64,000 bases of DNA. Origin: a virus (lineage: Duplodnaviria; Caudoviricetes). The notes beneath the pieces are model-generated. The model made no database searches. It worked only from the letters and a program-made list of their open reading frames with translations, and was not told where the DNA came from. The stretch is from the IMG/VR virus record IMGVR_UViG_3300025875_000590, positions 1 through 64,000 of that record, one strand, 5' to 3'. This document shows positions 62,412 through 64,000 of the stretch, piece after piece. The stretch's first letter is position 1. Each line of letters opens with the position of its first letter. A program made the translations under genes and the position numbers.

Positions 62412-62932
62412 TGAGACCGGCCGGTGCCAGCGGGGTCCCAGGTGAGCAGGAGGCACCCGAACGGGGGCCGTTCACCTGGGCCGATGCGGGTGCGGCCGGG
62501 GCGCAGGAAGCGGATCCGGCCGGGCAGGAAGCTGCAGGAGAGGGCGCCCCCGGGCTGGTCGCGGTGGGGCTCGACCAGCAGCTGCCACCACTGCTGCTCG
62601 GTGCGGTTGGCGGGGAGCAGCATGACGATGCCGCGGGTGGTCGAGTACTCGGCCCAGGCCTTTTGCACCCACGGCTTGATCCCGGAGAACGGCGGGTTGC
62701 ACCAGACGGACTCTCCGGCCCAGGGCTGGGCGAGCCCGTCGTCGTCCCGGGTGAAGTAGCGGGGGCACTTCGTGTTGGCCGGGGAGGCGGCGACGTCGAG
62801 GGTGAAGTGGTGCTGGCCGTCGAGGAAGCGGAACAGGTCGAGCGGGGTGGCCCGGTCGTCCACCTCGTCGTCGGGGCCGCGGAGCAGCACCTGGGCGGGG
62901 TGGTTGCGGGGGACCATGCCGGACACGCTCAT
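62408..62932 (-). CDS. Phage N6-adenine DNA methyltransferase
   Basis: TP...FTLDVAAS...DGLAQPW...VWCNPPFS...VMLLPA.RTEQ.WW. Confidence 0.88.
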   Translation of the reverse strand: MSVSGMVPRNHPAQVLLRGPDDEVDDRATPLDLFRFLDGQHHFTLDVAASPANTKCPRYFTRDDDGLAQPWAGESVWCNPPFSGIKPWVQKAWAEYSTTRGIVMLLPANRTEQQWWQLLVEPHRDQPGGALSCSFLPGRIRFLRPGRTRIGPGERPPFGCLLLTWDPAGTGRSQ

Positions 62933-63312
62933 CAGGTCTCGCCCCAGACGACGTCGACCTTGCCGCAGCTCGAGCCGACGCCGGTGTGCTCGTGCTCGTC
63001 GGCCTCGCCGGGCCACGGCGGCAGCTTCCGCACGGTGGCGAAGGGGACGAACCGGCCGCATGTCCCGCAGTGCCAGCGGTAGGGCGGGCGGAGGACGGCG
63101 GGGTGCAGCTCGGGCGGGGGGTCCTGGGGTGGGCCGAACCGGACGTCGGTGAGCGCGGCGGCCTTGGCCGCCTCGGTGAACAGGATGCGGGCGCCGTGGG
63201 TCCAGCCGCCGGGCGGGTTGCCGACCTCGGCGCACGGCGTGCCGGGAGCGGCGCCGCAGCTGGAGCAGGAGAACTCGAGCGCCTGGGCGTGGACGTCGGG
63301 CCGGTCAGCCAC
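62932..63312 (-). CDS. Zn-finger protein
   Basis: CSSCGAAPGTPC...H..R, second CGTCG. Confidence 0.6.
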   Translation of the reverse strand: MADRPDVHAQALEFSCSSCGAAPGTPCAEVGNPPGGWTHGARILFTEAAKAAALTDVRFGPPQDPPPELHPAVLRPPYRWHCGTCGRFVPFATVRKLPPWPGEADEHEHTGVGSSCGKVDVVWGET

Positions 63313-63778
63313 GACCCCGGCCCTTCGCGCGGCGGGCGGCCCGGTTCGGGCCAGCGGTGACGGTGCCCGAGGGGACCAGCGGGAACCGGTCCTCGCAGCC
63401 CCGCACCCACCGCTTCCCCTCACGGCGCCAGCGGCACTGCGGCATCGCCTCGGCGCGCTCGCGGGTCATCGGGGACCCGTCGAGCAGGTGCCCGTCGAAG
63501 GCGACCGCGCCCTCGTCGGAGAGGGCGATGAGCCCGCGGCAGTGCGTGCACATGCCGCCGGTGAGCACGCGGGTGGCGAGCGCCTCGAGGGCAGCCACCG
63601 GGTCGGGGTGGTCCTCGACCATGAGCCGGGTGCCCTGGTAGGAGCAGACGGCCCACCAGGTGACCTCGGTCATCGGGGAGGCGTCCTCGCCGGTGTGGCC
63701 GAACTCGAGGTCGCGGGCGCCGGTGCGCCCGATGACGTCGACGGACGCCACGAGGGCGTCCTCGTCCATGCGGATCAT
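63305..63778 (-). CDS. Hypothetical protein
   Basis: CTHC, CRW motifs; AAGGAG RBS. Confidence 0.65.
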   Translation of the reverse strand: MIRMDEDALVASVDVIGRTGARDLEFGHTGEDASPMTEVTWWAVCSYQGTRLMVEDHPDPVAALEALATRVLTGGMCTHCRGLIALSDEGAVAFDGHLLDGSPMTRERAEAMPQCRWRREGKRWVRGCEDRFPLVPSGTVTAGPNRAARRAKGRGRG

Positions 63779-63999
63779 CGTGTGGGCTCCTTCGGGGTGG
63801 TGGGCTGGTCGCCGATGTGGCCGGCGAGCAGGTCGGCGCCGCGCAGGACGGCGGTGACCTCCCCGGCGGCGGCTTCGAACGGCACCCGGTCGCGGGCGTA
63901 GGTGCGCTGGCCGCAGACCACCACGCGGTGGGTGCCGTCGATGACCACGGCGTAGGCGTAGCTGATCGGGGCCAGCCGTCGCAGGTTGGCCAGGTCGAT
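63775..63999 (-). CDS. Hypothetical protein, partial (5' end outside window)
   Basis: Open GC3-rich frame IDLANLRRLAP...PKEPTR stop overlapping next ATG. Confidence 0.55.
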   Translation of the reverse strand: MDLANLRRLAPISYAYAVVIDGTHRVVVCGQRTYARDRVPFEAAAGEVTAVLRGADLLAGHIGDQPTTPKEPTR

Positions 64000-64000
64000 C

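Larger units (their letters stand above)
1..64000 (-). mobile_element. Phage-plasmid-like element (siphovirus virion module + partition + conjugation), extends beyond both edges
   Basis: Co-oriented, often stop/start-overlapping phage and conjugation genes throughout; shared regulatory motifs from 2.5 to 57.3 kb; no host housekeeping gene recognised. Confidence 0.8.

Noticed and set aside
1-64000. tRNA, rRNA, IS elements
   Set aside because: No cloverleaf, rRNA-like or transposase sequence recognised by eye; a tRNAscan/Infernal run would be needed to exclude them fully.

Overview
Very GC-rich, actinobacterial-type DNA that reads as one continuous mobile element, open at both window edges, with nearly all genes on the minus strand. 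It contains a siphovirus-type virion module: major capsid, head-tail connectors, major tail, chaperones, a 1274-aa tape measure, minor tails, tail fibre, endolysin and holin (about 11.3-31.8 kb). It also has phage replication/recombination genes (RusA, EndoVII, RecT, HTH initiator with internal iterons, HNH; 0-11 kb) and a phage-like accessory region with DNA methyltransferases (49-64 kb). Directly upstream of the capsid gene, where portal/terminase would normally lie, sit a plasmid-type ParA/ParB partition pair and an apparently complete monoderm conjugation system: VirD4, VirB4, SCO6880-like, VirB6-like, pilin-like, M23 peptidase, MOBP relaxase, MobC and a candidate oriT (32-49 kb). The same two regulatory motifs occur on both sides of the conjugation block, and a variant of one lies inside it: a start-associated ACCAGCTGAGGAGC motif (11 copies) and a TGTCYAG-N2-CTRGACA operator (6-7 copies). 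Best reading: a conjugative phage-plasmid. No terminase, portal, integrase, tRNA, rRNA or CRISPR was seen. All family calls come from motif recognition by eye; no searches were run. Many starts were moved from the ORF track to GTG/ATG codons with an RBS or stop-start overlap.
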